From Carcharhinus longimanus (lineage: Eukaryota), in the NCBI GenBank assembly GCA_030264375.1, contig JASCQW010000081.1, positions 92,542,854 through 92,606,853 of the forward strand: a stretch of DNA of 64,000 nt, written 5' to 3'. Position numbers and translations under genes: made by a program. The notes under the pieces are model-generated. The model ran no database searches. It saw only the letters and a program-made list of their open reading frames with translations, and had not been told where the DNA came from. Positions 57,001 through 64,000 of the stretch are shown here, piece by piece; position 1 is the first letter of the stretch; every line of letters starts with the position of its first letter.

Positions 57001-60000
57001 GCGATTGAATTATCATAGGTCAGTTTGCATATCTCGTTGAGCTGCCGGGAAATATTGGTTAGTTAGAACAACATTCAGGTCTTAGGGTCCAAAATTAGAG
57101 GAATTTCATAAAGAAGTAAGTTATTGTGCTGAACATTCATGCCATTTAATTCAGGGCTCGAATAGATTATTTTACCCAGTACTGGTCAGCGTGCATTAAA
57201 CAATATACGAATGACTCAAAGAGTTTGAAAAAGAAATTGATCATAGTGATCCCACAGTTAAGGGATTGTGGCTTCAGTGTTCTGTTGGCGAAATTGAAGG
57301 TGTTTCTTTGGAACAACGGTGTTTGGCATTGATTTGATAGCTTTTTTCACGATAATGGCAAGTGTAGGCCTGGGACGAAAGGAACCCCAGATAATGGTTT
57401 TGGATAAGTGATGCACAGTCGGAAGGGAAAAATTATATTAATCAGCGCGTGACAGTGACCTGGAATTTGCTGCCTACAAGGGGATGGAAGCTAGGTCAAT
57501 GAAGTACGTTAACTATAAATTCGTTTTGCAGTTCGTGAATATACAAATACTGTTTGGTTGATCTGTGGAATGAAAGCGAATAGAAAGCTCGACAGTGATG
57601 TGACAGTGACTCAATTGCTCAAATAACTGTTGTAGTGCCTGGATCGTTCACCACATAACTCTTTCGTTAGCTGTGTCATAAATGTTTGTAACGGGTTATA
57701 TTAATAGATCAAAACAGTCCTAGTTCCTTGCATTTTAAAATTCGGTCAGCGTTATACAATAAGAGTAGCTGAATCATTTAAACTATGTAATCTGAAAACA
57801 ACGGCTGGAGAGAAACGTTATAAATAAAGGACAAATGTGAAGTTTTCGGGATGAAGCAATGTTAGAAAATGCGCATGGTGTCATAAAGAGTGAAGTAGAC
57901 CTCTGTGGCTCAATGAACTTTTTCATCGATGAAAATTCTGCTAATTTACATACACTCAAATTATAACAAAAATCATCTTTCACATTATCAAGCTTATTAA
58001 AGGAGGTTCAAGGTATCCAACAATTACGTCCTTTCGGCGCCCGACTGTAGAAATGGAGTGATGTTTCTTGAGTGAATGCATATAATTCCCGTCATTTTGG
58101 GACATTTAAGGGGAAGGCGGGTTTGTGCATGGTAAATGCATTGATTGCATTTAAACAAAACCCAGACAAAAAGACTTGTGATGAGGTGGGGTACTGGCGT
58201 TATGAAAGTAATTTAGCAAATATTTGGGGAAAAGTAAGTGAGCGTCACTGGCACAGTGGTTAGCATGGCTACTTCAAGCTCCAGGGTCCCAGCCTGTGTG
58301 AAGCCTGAACGATTTCCCTTTGTCTGCAGGGGTTTCCTCCAGATGTTCCATTTTCCTCCGACCATGAGACGCCAATTATATTAATCCTTTTATCAACATT
58401 TAGTCCATAAGGTAATATGCCTAGGTGATTTAAAAATACCGTAAAAAATGCTTATTTAATGTTGCGAGAATACCTGCCTCAATCAACATTTCAGATGATT
58501 TCCAAATTTTCACCACTCCTGAGTGGACACTAACTCCTCAGATTCCATCCCCCCAACAAAACCATATATTCCTTAAATTAGAAGTGCGCCTTCTGATCTC
58601 AAATAATGTTTCTCAAAGAACAAAGAGAAAAAATGAACAACAAGCGGTGCAGCACAGGAACAGCTCTTAGGCCGGGCAAGCTTGTGCCGATCAAGATACC
58701 CGAAATAAATTAAAGAAAATAACGTTCTGCCATTACTCCGTCCGCATTCCTCTATTCCCCACTTATTTCATGTACCCAGCCAGATGACTGTTAAATGTCA
58801 CGAATACGTCTGTTTGCACGAGGTTCTATGACAATGCGTTTCAGAACTCGCCATTCTCTGCGTGAAAAGCTTCCCCAGCACATTTTCATAAAAAGTTCCC
58901 CTCGTACCCTGCATTAGTGCCCACCTGTAATTGATACTTGCACCCTTGGAAAACACCACTGACTATCCACCCTGTCTATGCCTCTCATAATTTTGTGCAC
59001 ACTATCAGATATTCCCTCAGCCTGTTTCTTAACAGTGAATACAATCCGATTTTATTCAACTGTTACATGTGTTGATGTTTTTCTCTTTTACTCCGCAGGT
59101 GCGTCGGTCCACCTTGTTGTCTAACGAGGGGCNNNNNNNNNNNNNNNNNNNNNNNNNNNNNNNNNNNNNNNNNNNNNNNNNNNNNNNNNNNNNNNNNNNN
59201 NNNNNNNNNNNNNNNNNNNNNNNNNNNNNNNNNNNNNNNNNNNNNNNNNNNNNNNNNNNNNNNNNNNNNNNNNNNNNNNNNNNNNNNNNNNNNNNNNNNN
59301 NNNNNNNNNNNNNNNNNNNNNNNNNNNNNNNNNNNNNNNNNNNNNNNNNNNNNNNNNNNNNNNNNNNNNNNNNNNNNNNNNNNNNNNNNNNNNNNNNNNN
59401 NNNNNNNNNNNNNNNNNNNNNNNNNNNNNNNNNNNNNNNNNNNNNNNNNNNNNNNNNNNNNNNNNNNNNNNNNNNNNNNNNNNNNNNNNNNNNNNNNNNN
59501 NNNNNNNNNNNNNNNNNNNNNNNNNNNNNNNNNNNNNNNNNNNNNNNNNNNNNNNNNNNNNNNNNNNNNNNNNNNNNNNNNNNNNNNNNNNNNNNNNNNN
59601 NNNNNNNNNNNNNNNNNNNNNNNNNNNNNNNNNNNNNNNNNNNNNNNNNNNNNNNNNNNNNNNNNNNNNNNNNNNNNNNNNNNNNNNNNNNNNNNNNNNN
59701 NNNNNNNNNNNNNNNNNNNNNNNNNNNNNNNNNNNNNNNNNNNNNNNNNNNNNNNNNATTCTACGTTTACATCCAAGTCGTAAATATGTACAACAACCAG
59801 CAAGCAACCAGGCATCGATCCCTGTGCTGCATCACTGGTCAAGTAACAAATGCAGCCCTTTTCCATCTTCACCCTTTGCTTCATACTAAAAATCAGTTTT
59901 TCATCCACTTTTCGAACTTGGTTATTTCCCTTGGGCTCTAAACTTGTTGGACCAGCATTCTACATGGGCCTTGTCCATTGCCTTTTTGAAATCCAATAAA

Positions 60001-63000
60001 CTACATAAAATGATACCCTCATCAATATATTTAGTTTATTTCAGAACAAAATCTCAATTATTTTAGTTAGACAGTAACTCGAACGAACGCATCTATACTT
60101 ATTATGCCTGATCAATCTTTACCATTTCAAGTGTTTATGAATCATGTCTCTCAGATGTTTTTCCTAATAACTTCCCTTTACACCAACTGGCCTGTAAGAT
60201 TTGCTGACTCCTGCTCCCCTTCTTCAATAAAGGTACCAGATTAGCTATACTCCAGTCATCTGACTCTTCACCTGTGGTCGTTGGAAATTTGGATATCTTC
60301 GGTAAGGGTCCTGCAAGCTCCTCCCTTACGTCCTTTAGCAGGCTGCGATGAATCTCATCAGGTCCTGGAGATTTACAATTTTCCTGTCCACGAAAACATG
60401 TAGTAACTGTCCTTTATTAACCTTAACGTGCAGTCTATCTAGCTCTTTGTGTCCTTCGTTATTTTTATAAATCTCTTCATTATCCCAACTGAAACTTCCA
60501 GCTACTATATTTTCCTCCTTAGTGAATAAAAACGAACAAATAAATTTAAATTCTCAGCTACATCCTCTGGCTCCAGACACAGATTGCCCCTTTGGCTCAA
60601 ATGGGCAGAACTTTTCCTTGGCCATGACATCGCTCTTTATACACTTATAAAATGCCTTTGATTTTCCTTAATCATATCTGCCAATTAGATATCCTGCTTC
60701 CTCTGCACAGCGAATCTCTCTCTTTGGAGCCCTCTTCCCACAAGGACCCTGTGGTTCGGAAGTTCCTCTTCCTTTTTCGGTGCCCTCTTTGTATCTTATG
60801 ATCCTTTGTTTATCTTATCAAAATGTGGATATACCTTGACATACAGGTTTCCCAGGAAGCGCCTCCCTTCCCCTTCAATCTTGAAGATATACGATGAAGG
60901 CTGTGGTGTAGTGGTATTATCAGTGGACTAGTCATGCAGGGACACGGGCTAATGCCGTCACTGGTTCAAATCACAACGTAGCAGACATAGTAATTTGTAG
61001 TCAATGACAATGTGTAATTACAGGAATAATGATGACAATGACATAATTGTCGATAGTTGGAAAATCCATTCTGGTTTACGAATATTCTTTAGATAAGGAT
61101 ATCTGCCGTCCTTACCTGGTCGGGCCTACATGTGACNNNNNNNNNNNNNNNNNNNNNNNNNNNNNNNNNNNNNNNNNNNNNNNNNNNNNNNNNNNNNNNN
61201 NNNNNNNNNNNNNNNNNNNNNNNNNNNNNNNNNNNNATCTATTCTTTAGATAAGGATATCTGCCGTCCTTACCTGGTCGGGCCTACATGTGACTCCAGAC
61301 CACCAGAAATGGTTGACTCTCAAGAGATGGACAATAATTTCTGGCTGCTCAGTGATGCCGCCCATGATTTTCATTAAACCCTACAGTGGAGGAGGAGGGG
61401 ATTTGGCCTATCAAGTGAGCACAGATTTTCTCACATGCATCTTACCCAGGCCCATCCATACCTCATCCTCGTTATTCCACATATTTATCCCGTTAATCGA
61501 CCTTCCCTCTATTCGTAGAGTCATTGAGATTTGCAACATGGAAACAGATCCTTTGCCCCAACTTGCCCATGCCGTCAGGTTATGATATTAAGCTGGCTCG
61601 AATACCCCAGGCTTGGTTCATATTCCTATCTATCAATCTTGTCCTTGCAAATTCTATATACTGCAAAGCCATGTAAGGAGAAAAAAATGAAAGATGCAAC
61701 GTATAAGAAAAGTTACAATACAAAAATAGGGCACGGAAACAAACAGCCCAACGTGCATACTTGTACACATTACTGCAAGTGGCAGAGTAGCATGAGAAAT
61801 AAGAAACACACGGATTCCTAGGGATATAAAAAGAAGCATAGTGTAAAAATGCAAGGGAGTGATAAAGAACCAATATAAAGTGTATTTTTTGCCTCAATAC
61901 GGTAATTGCATCATAGTTGTTCAGTGTAATACGAACGCTTTGGAGTGGCAAAATTTCACATGAATGTTTACATAGCTGAATATCATTCATTATGTACAAT
62001 GGTCGGGAGGCTGTGACCTCGTGGTATTGTTGCTGGACTATTTATCGAGGGATTCAACTAATCTTCTGGGAGTTTAGAAAGAATACTGCCATGTCAACCA
62101 GTGGAATTNNNNNNNNNNNNNNNNNNNNNNNNNNNNNNNNNNNNNNNNNNNNNNNNNNNNNNNNNNNNNNNNNNNNNNNNNNNNNNNNNNNNNNNNNNNN
62201 NNNNNNNNTGCACTGATGACCACGACGCCATTATCGATTGTTGAACAACATATCTGGTTCACTAATCTCCTTTAGGGAATCAATTCTGCTACCTGTTGTC
62301 TGGCACATGTGTGTCCAGATCCATAGCAACGTGGTTGACTCTCAATAGTCTTCTGAGATGCATGTAATGCAGTAAGGTCACGTAAGGATGCAGAATTAAT
62401 GCTGGCGAGCCAGCGACGCCCATTCCGAACGAATGAATAAACATGTATGGATTGCGATAGGTGGAGCCATTCTCCATCGAAAAGAGATCCGCTGGAAGAT
62501 TTGATATTTGAGTGTTGAAAATCCAATTCAGTACATGAGCCGAGTAGAGGGAACAAATTTTAACTGAGGCACAAAATAATCTTTGGTGTCTCAGTATAAG
62601 TTAGTTTTCACAGTGTGATGTTATAATGTGAAAGGCAGTGTCTGGATGATTTGTGGAATCGGTTGTAACCCCGAGTTTCAAAAGCAAATTAGATCATATT
62701 CGGAACACAGAAAATAAATGGTATGAGATTTAAAAAAAAACTTCTTACACAAATTTGCCGCAGCCACAACGGATCAAGTTCCTGCTTCAATGCTCGAACT
62801 ATTCTGTGGTTCGATGTGAAGCCACCTTTAAATTAAGGTGCTCGAGATGATGATGTTAGGCAAGGCAAGACATCACACAGTTTGGTTGGTCGTTATGCTG
62901 GACAGCACAATCAGCCTTAAAGACAGTAGTTTGAAATAGTATGGTGTTGCTGGCAAGATTTTTCTTATGTCGCACCATGCTCTCTAGCAAACTGATACAC

Positions 63001-63926
63001 CATTAATAGTATTTCCTGTGCTCTTGCCTTATCTATGTTTTGTATCTGCAATTGTCACGTAAGATGTATATTTTGTAGAATCCCTGACTGTCTTCCGTAG
63101 ACCTTAACATAACTCTATATTGAAAGTATTTAATTTTGCTCACCAATTCTGGAAATAAATATTGCTACACCTGTCGATATTTGGTACAGACAAAATTGCA
63201 ACGTAATTTGGCTTCTGCAACAAAGCCGTCCAATCACATCGATCCTTTCAGGAGATTGCCAGAGAACAGAATTCTGCTTATGCCTTTAAATAAATTGTAC
63301 TCACTCTCCTTCAACATTAAACATCAAAATTTCACGAAATAAAGATATGAATTCTCAAAGTATATTACCTTTCAATTCTTTCATCTTCTCCGCTGATAAA
63401 CCGGAAGCAAATATAGAATGTAAGTGTTTTTTTAAAGCAGGGAATCGTGATGTGTTATGACAATCTTCTGTGTTACTTAGTTGTTTGGATTTGTGCGATG
63501 GTTCAACACAGGGTACATTGAGCTTCCTCAATTCTACAAAAAAAACAATTAGCAGAAGCAATTTATGGAAAGGAAAGGAAAAATACTTCATCGGTGACCT
63601 GGGCAATTCCCCCTCCCCACCCCACGAAAAGAATGGTATTTTAAATAGCCTCAAATTATTCATAGCCAACATGTGTCACATTTTTCGTTGCAACTGAACA
63701 TGACCCGTTATTATCGCAATTACCATTATGCTGCTAATACGGACTGAGGAATGGATCTTGGAAACTCCACCTGTTGTGTGAGACACATTGCAGATTGTGC
63801 TGATTGTCTTCTTGCAACTGCAACCCCCATCTTTACGACGTAAACTGAAAGAAATAATACCTGCCATGTCCACATAAAATAAATCATGGGGTACTTTACC
63901 GAGTTGTTTTCGACATTTTACCACCT
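21..63926 (-). CDS. Partial multi-microexon gene (about 21 symmetric phase-1 exons, 546 nt, ~182 aa) encoding a charged coiled-coil-like segment; family unassigned, architecture resembles butyrophilin/BG-type heptad exons
   Basis: Spliced product: xVVKCRKQL-AEKMKELK-ELKAKYESL-EISLAKKEK-ELIEAHDS-EQMMATFH-GLHMLTCHQ-EFALQTSQK-KLKTLSSILQKT-EKSLIEREE-ELDAKCKSD-NVRIAKLRA-EIRDLRASR-AEKITGNQQ-ELSDVEKSLIEC-QADLEDKTA-RAVQT-PDALRK-VRKLKELS-AESAGDTD-DGTRRESD. Each exon is bounded by AG and GT. Phase 1 is open throughout, including junction codons; at least nine exons have a stop in phase 0. No start or stop was identified with certainty. Confidence 0.72.
1011..1034 (-). pseudogene. Paralogous 24-nt microexon (GVATEGTD) with acceptor AG replaced by CG
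   Basis: actttctctccg|GTGTGGCAACGGAAGGAACTGATG|gtaaga; same flanks as the copies at 21-44 and 3020-3043. Confidence 0.6.
3020..3043 (-). CDS. 24-nt microexon (AESAGDTD) in tandem-duplicated cassette
   Basis: cccgttttcccag|CCGAATCAGCAGGAGATACTGATG|gtaaga. Confidence 0.72.
5584..5604 (-). CDS. 21-nt microexon candidate (DLKKQLH); not in core model
   Basis: ttttttttttacag|ATTTAAAGAAACAATTGCATG|gttcga; strong acceptor, heptad-like peptide, weak donor. Confidence 0.4.
6640..8200 (-). mobile_element. Ancient, heavily decayed CR1-type LINE ORF2 remnant
   Basis: Minus-strand traces AMDVVY (~6795-6812), PINLTSVIGK (~6962-6995, cf. RPVSLTSVVGK) and endonuclease-like PT.EEVLLD...GEHLG (~7860-7950). 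Confidence 0.7.
9417..9497. repeat. Imperfect (TG)n/(CG)n microsatellite
   Basis: gtgtatgtttgtgcgcgcgcgtgtgtgtgtctttgtgtg... Confidence 0.7.
9887..9910 (-). CDS. 24-nt microexon (VRKLKELS)
   Basis: ttttctttttccaacag|TTCGAAAGTTAAAGGAACTCTCAG|gtaggc; peptide resembles AEKMKELK. Confidence 0.75.
10454..10600 (-). promoter_or_regulatory. Possible internal promoter and short first exon
   Basis: Donor ACG|gtgagc at 10453; upstream on minus strand an extended E-box GTCACGTG (10519-10526) and a CRE/ATF-like TGACGTAA (10591-10598). Motifs only. Confidence 0.3.
12338..12355 (-). CDS. 18-nt microexon (PDALRK)
   Basis: tttatttttcctcag|CGGACGCGCTGAGAAAAG|gtaagg; near-consensus sites. Confidence 0.72.
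12545..12870 (-). mobile_element. LINE 3'-end fragment with (TTTGA)n tail
   Basis: gatttgatttgatttattatt tail followed by sequence resembling a non-LTR 3' end; family not resolved. Confidence 0.5.
14323..14495. repeat. Compound tetranucleotide microsatellite (GATA/GACA/GGAT)n
   Basis: tagatagatagaaagata...gatggatggatggatagatgaatggatg. Confidence 0.85.
14750..15420 (+). mobile_element. Penelope-like element remnant (GIY-YIG endonuclease C-terminal part and tail)
   Basis: ORF 14860-15099 VACHSNSP...HISVQGLLHSS...CKL resembles the VA.HFN...SV.GL...RK.E...GLN pattern of Penelope endonucleases (recognised from memory). Confidence 0.6.
15688..15702 (-). CDS. 15-nt microexon (RAVQT)
   Basis: attatcattgcag|GTGCTGTACAAACTC|gtaagt. 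Confidence 0.6.
16588..16732 (-). mobile_element. SINE 3' fragment
   Basis: Matches the tail of the SINE at 49225-49485 (cacaagtaggct...ttactgtgaa.atccc...cctgtt.cgg). Confidence 0.65.
16820..18431 (+). mobile_element. 5'-truncated CR1-type LINE (reverse transcriptase region and 3' UTR), disrupted
   Basis: ORF 16848-17585 contains NYRPVS.TSVV, SQHGF.KGR.CLTSL, DVVYMD..KAFDKVPH and KFADDTK; TGA at 17583 with homology continuing; ends in a ttctatgtttcta tail. Confidence 0.95.
19320..19346 (-). CDS. 27-nt microexon (QADLEDKTA)
   Basis: tgtcttgtttcgttag|AGGCTGACTTGGAAGACAAAACAGCAC|gtaagt. Confidence 0.78.
20267..20302 (-). CDS. 36-nt microexon (ELSDVEKSLIEC)
   Basis: gtttctcttccag|AATTAAGCGATGTGGAGAAATCTCTCATTGAATGCC|gtaagc; shares EKSLIE with the exon at 39209; stop in phase 0. 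Confidence 0.8.
21497..21523 (-). CDS. 27-nt microexon (AEKITGNQQ)
   Basis: ttctgcattttcag|CGGAAAAAATTACCGGAAATCAGCAAG|gtaaat. Confidence 0.75.
23480..25860 (-). mobile_element. Decayed non-LTR retrotransposon fragments (L2/CR1-clade like)
   Basis: Long degenerate stretch with no intact ORF; 25480-25850 resembles the reverse complement of the 3' tail shared with the SINE at 29490-29695. Family and limits uncertain. Confidence 0.4.
26345..26690 (+). mobile_element. CR1-type LINE 3' fragment
   Basis: LGLFSLERRRLRGDLIAVYEIMKGIDRV in the plus frame, same region as 18020-18110. Confidence 0.9.
26907..27230 (+). mobile_element. tRNA-headed SINE (HE1/V-SINE-like) with CR1-derived tail
   Basis: Core cattctccccgtg..tgcgtgggttt.ctccgggtgctc.ggtttc.tcccaca; tail gggccgaaggg, also present at 29880-30010 and 35200-35275. 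Confidence 0.8.
27351..28615 (+). pseudogene. env: Decayed endogenous viral envelope/fusion glycoprotein gene
   Basis: Acceptor attttctcag at 27350; signal-like MIYLIGLIIGIST; GLILKYTEKTLYDNSHHELVPVVVDI; basic site SSRR then ELVNDMA/AYGAGVTTINAL (fusion-peptide-like, with frameshift); helical LANLDTKFRVLTQHVKQTL; CAYGQWMIEQLRENLGQVRSGHVPSWIS; FEVENIG. Several stops and frameshifts; cut by a retroelement tail at ~28615. Confidence 0.7.
28612..28790 (-). mobile_element. Two retroelement 3' tails (SINE/CR1) before an assembly gap
   Basis: catagaacccatagaaccctacagtgcagaaggaggccc and cataagaacataagaaataggagcaggagtaggcc. Confidence 0.75.
28891..29240 (+). mobile_element. CR1-type LINE 3' end
   Basis: FRTEVRRNFFTQ; tail ggccaaatggcctactcctgcttct. 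Confidence 0.85.
29490..29695 (-). mobile_element. SINE of a second family, body and tail
   Basis: Reverse complement of the elements at 60895-61375 and 62010-62440 (gaccatgaaaccattgtcgattg...gtggttgactct...atgctggc). Confidence 0.75.
30030..31567 (+). mobile_element. Older 5'-truncated CR1-type LINE (RT region and 3' end)
   Basis: NYRPVSLTSVVGKLL, GVPQGSVL, MFADDTK (ORF 30290-30730); multiple stops. Confidence 0.92.
31610..31830 (+). mobile_element. Degenerate second-family SINE fragment
   Basis: tgatgaccatgaaaacggtgtcgat...tctggttcattgatgcccttt. Confidence 0.6.
31845..32600 (-). mobile_element. CR1-type LINE 3' part
   Basis: ORF 32319-32609 KKANGRLAVISKLIEYKGKEALLQLYK. Confidence 0.88.
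33526..33552 (-). CDS. 27-nt microexon (EIRDLRASR)
   Basis: atgaatccacag|AAATTAGAGATCTGCGTGCATCCAGAG|gttagc; 110-nt intron from the previous exon. Confidence 0.65.
33663..33689 (-). CDS. 27-nt microexon (NVRIAKLRA)
   Basis: ttctttatcatatag|ATGTCAGAATAGCTAAATTGAGGGCAG|gtatgc; stop in phase 0. Confidence 0.75.
34283..34409. repeat. Short element with imperfect inverted ends (Penelope-terminus or MITE-like)
   Basis: cagtacaaagtctcacaaaaccagattaaagt ... actttaacttggtgttgtgagatttcttactg; related partial copy at ~46722-46830. Confidence 0.6.
35378..35620 (-). mobile_element. CR1/SINE 3' tail fragment
   Basis: catagaatccatagaatc...agaggcacttcagcccatcg. Confidence 0.7.
35743..37990 (+). mobile_element. 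Decayed Gypsy-type LTR retrotransposon: putative LTR (35743-36395), gag and start of protease
   Basis: TG...TAACA LTR candidate with AATAAA; gag-like KEVEGFF..VEQVAK (~37120-37170) and FILEEFENVFPEVISTH (~37440-37490); degenerate protease MLRDACA (~37946-37966, cf. ILRDTGA). Confidence 0.7.
38117..38864 (+). mobile_element. LTR-like segment related to the upstream LTR
   Basis: TGTTAC...CA ends; shares the 3' motif atcctcaca...aa.tagaaa with 36344-36370. Confidence 0.5.
39057..39083 (-). CDS. 27-nt microexon (ELDAKCKSD)
   Basis: attaactttag|AGTTGGATGCGAAGTGCAAATCTGACA|gtgagt; peptide resembles ELKAKYESL exon. Confidence 0.75.
39209..39235 (-). CDS. 27-nt microexon (EKSLIEREE)
   Basis: taatttgttctag|AGAAGAGTCTGATTGAAAGAGAGGAAG|gtaaac; stop in phase 0. 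Confidence 0.78.
39658..39675 (-). CDS. 18-nt microexon candidate (EQLILP); not in core model
   Basis: gtacttttaag|AACAGTTAATTCTGCCTC|gtaaga; weak acceptor. Confidence 0.3.
40334..40369 (-). CDS. 36-nt microexon (xLKTLSSILQKT)
   Basis: tattgttcgttccag|AACTAAAGACCTTAAGCAGCATTCTTCAAAAAACAG|gtgatt; stop in phase 0. Confidence 0.65.
44515..44812 (+). mobile_element. Degenerate tRNA-headed SINE
   Basis: gcattgctgcctca.catcagggaaccaggcttgattc head; ggcctc...gcactgtgggattatatt tail. Confidence 0.7.
45789..46709. repeat. Inverted repeat: ~136-bp arms at 45789-45924 and 46572-46709
   Basis: Opposite-strand ORFs give ISAPFCGFTFKILSILLPYEKQDFIHVFRMYL vs ISASFCGFTFKALSILFSYEKQGFIRVFRMHL. Confidence 0.9.
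47134..47187 (-). CDS. 54-nt phase-1 exon candidate (xQRCTNCEEYRNILAPTN); not in core model
   Basis: Strong acceptor gtgttttgtgttttctag, open in phase 1, weak donor G|gttaat. Confidence 0.35.
47749..47775 (-). CDS. 27-nt microexon (EFALQTSQK)
   Basis: tatttcctcttacag|AATTCGCCCTTCAGACAAGCCAGAAAA|gtaaga. Confidence 0.72.
48063..48690 (+). pseudogene. C2H2 (Kruppel-type) zinc-finger pseudogene, about 5-6 broken fingers
   Basis: EKPCRCSHCGRSL...RSHS; RWKCGK*; THTGEGSFSFSMCGNGFT...RRTH; GERSFIYSLCGRGFK...KHR; FACSICGKRCLQ*SELLTHQRI; stops and frameshifts. Confidence 0.85.
48741..48767 (-). CDS. 27-nt microexon candidate (GLHMLTCHQ)
   Basis: atttccaagtcag|GTTTACACATGCTCACGTGTCACCAAG|gtaact; weaker acceptor and less coil-like peptide. 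Confidence 0.45.
49225..49485 (-). mobile_element. tRNA-headed SINE (HE1/V-SINE-like)
   Basis: acgcagacacggggagaacgtgcaaactccacacaga...aatcgaacccaggtccctggcgctgtgaagcagcagtgctaaccactgtgc. Confidence 0.88.
51621..51644 (-). CDS. 24-nt microexon (EQMMATFH)
   Basis: ttttctgcaaattcag|AACAAATGATGGCCACTTTTCACG|gtgact; stop in phase 0. Confidence 0.55.
52680..52703 (-). CDS. 24-nt microexon (ELIEAHDS)
   Basis: ctctctcgtag|AACTGATAGAAGCTCATGACTCAG|gtaaca; stops in both other phases. Confidence 0.72.
53276..53302 (-). CDS. 27-nt microexon (EISLAKKEK)
   Basis: ttttttattgggcag|AAATATCACTAGCCAAGAAAGAAAAAG|gtaaga; stop in phase 0. Confidence 0.78.
54001..54027 (-). CDS. 27-nt microexon (ELKAKYESL)
   Basis: attttcctttag|AATTGAAGGCAAAATATGAATCGTTAG|gtatga; stop in phase 0. 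Confidence 0.78.
55135..55472 (-). mobile_element. Near full-length tRNA-headed SINE (HE1/V-SINE-like)
   Basis: Minus-strand head gggcggcacgatagcacagtggttagcactgctg (A box) and gttcgattcc (B box), conserved core, ttctatgattcta tail. Confidence 0.92.
58240..58362 (+). mobile_element. SINE 5' fragment
   Basis: tggcacagtggttagc A-box head and ggtttcctcc core. Confidence 0.65.
58615..60880 (-). mobile_element. Old CR1-type LINE interrupted by an unrelated segment and an N-gap
   Basis: caaagaacaaag tail at 58615; after the gap LTSDAAQGSMPGCLLVVVHIYDLD (cf. VTSGVPQGSVLGPLLF..YINDL). Confidence 0.75.
60895..61375 (+). mobile_element. tRNA-headed SINE, second family (gap inside)
   Basis: gtggtgtagtggta A box, ggttcaaatc B box, body ccttacctggtc.ggcctacatgtgactccagacc. 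Confidence 0.8.
62010..62440 (+). mobile_element. tRNA-headed SINE, second family (gap inside)
   Basis: tctggttcactaatctcctttaggg...gtggttgactctc...atgctggcgagccagcgacgcccattcc.aacgaatgaataaa. Confidence 0.78.
63369..63392 (-). CDS. 24-nt microexon (AEKMKELK)
   Basis: cttccggtttatcag|CGGAGAAGATGAAAGAATTGAAAG|gtaata. Confidence 0.75.
63900..63926 (-). CDS. 27-nt microexon (xVVKCRKQL)
   Basis: ctctccttttaattcag|AGGTGGTAAAATGTCGAAAACAACTCG|gtaaag; TAA in phase 0, open in phase 1. Confidence 0.7.
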
Positions 63927-64000
63927 CTGAATTAAAAGGAGAGCGATAGACAAATTGTAAGGTTCATCGACTTGAAAGAATGCTAAAACACAGTAGGTAA

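Noticed and set aside
59063-59941. Long ORFs of 228-290 aa
   Set aside because: Almost entirely N-gap.
60895-60980. tRNA-like A and B boxes
   Set aside because: SINE head; no complete cloverleaf, so not a tRNA gene.
63188-63214. 27-nt candidate exon EAKLRCNFV
   Set aside because: Poor donor (gtacca), and it would create TAA at the junction with the next core exon.
1-64000. CRISPR arrays, rRNA or operon-like systems
   Set aside because: Eukaryotic intron- and repeat-rich DNA; no regularly spaced direct repeats or rRNA motifs seen.

Overview
Vertebrate genomic DNA from a gapped draft assembly, most likely a cartilaginous fish (inferred from the CR1-type LINE, tRNA-headed SINE, Penelope and Gypsy repeat content). 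No long host ORF is present. Reading splice signals on the minus strand instead shows about 21 microexons (15-36 nt; eleven of 27 nt, six of 24 nt) spread over the whole 64 kb. All are phase 1-1, have lengths divisible by 3, and splice into one open ~182-aa charged, coiled-coil-like peptide; the gene is open at the 5' end and probably the 3' end. At 1-5450 a degenerate tandem duplication has multiplied one 24-nt exon cassette into intact, acceptor-dead and deleted copies. The introns hold many retroelements, a decayed viral env-like gene with a fusion-glycoprotein layout, a Gypsy gag remnant with LTRs, a C2H2 zinc-finger pseudogene and two notable inverted repeats. The exon model was built by eye and needs RNA-seq confirmation.
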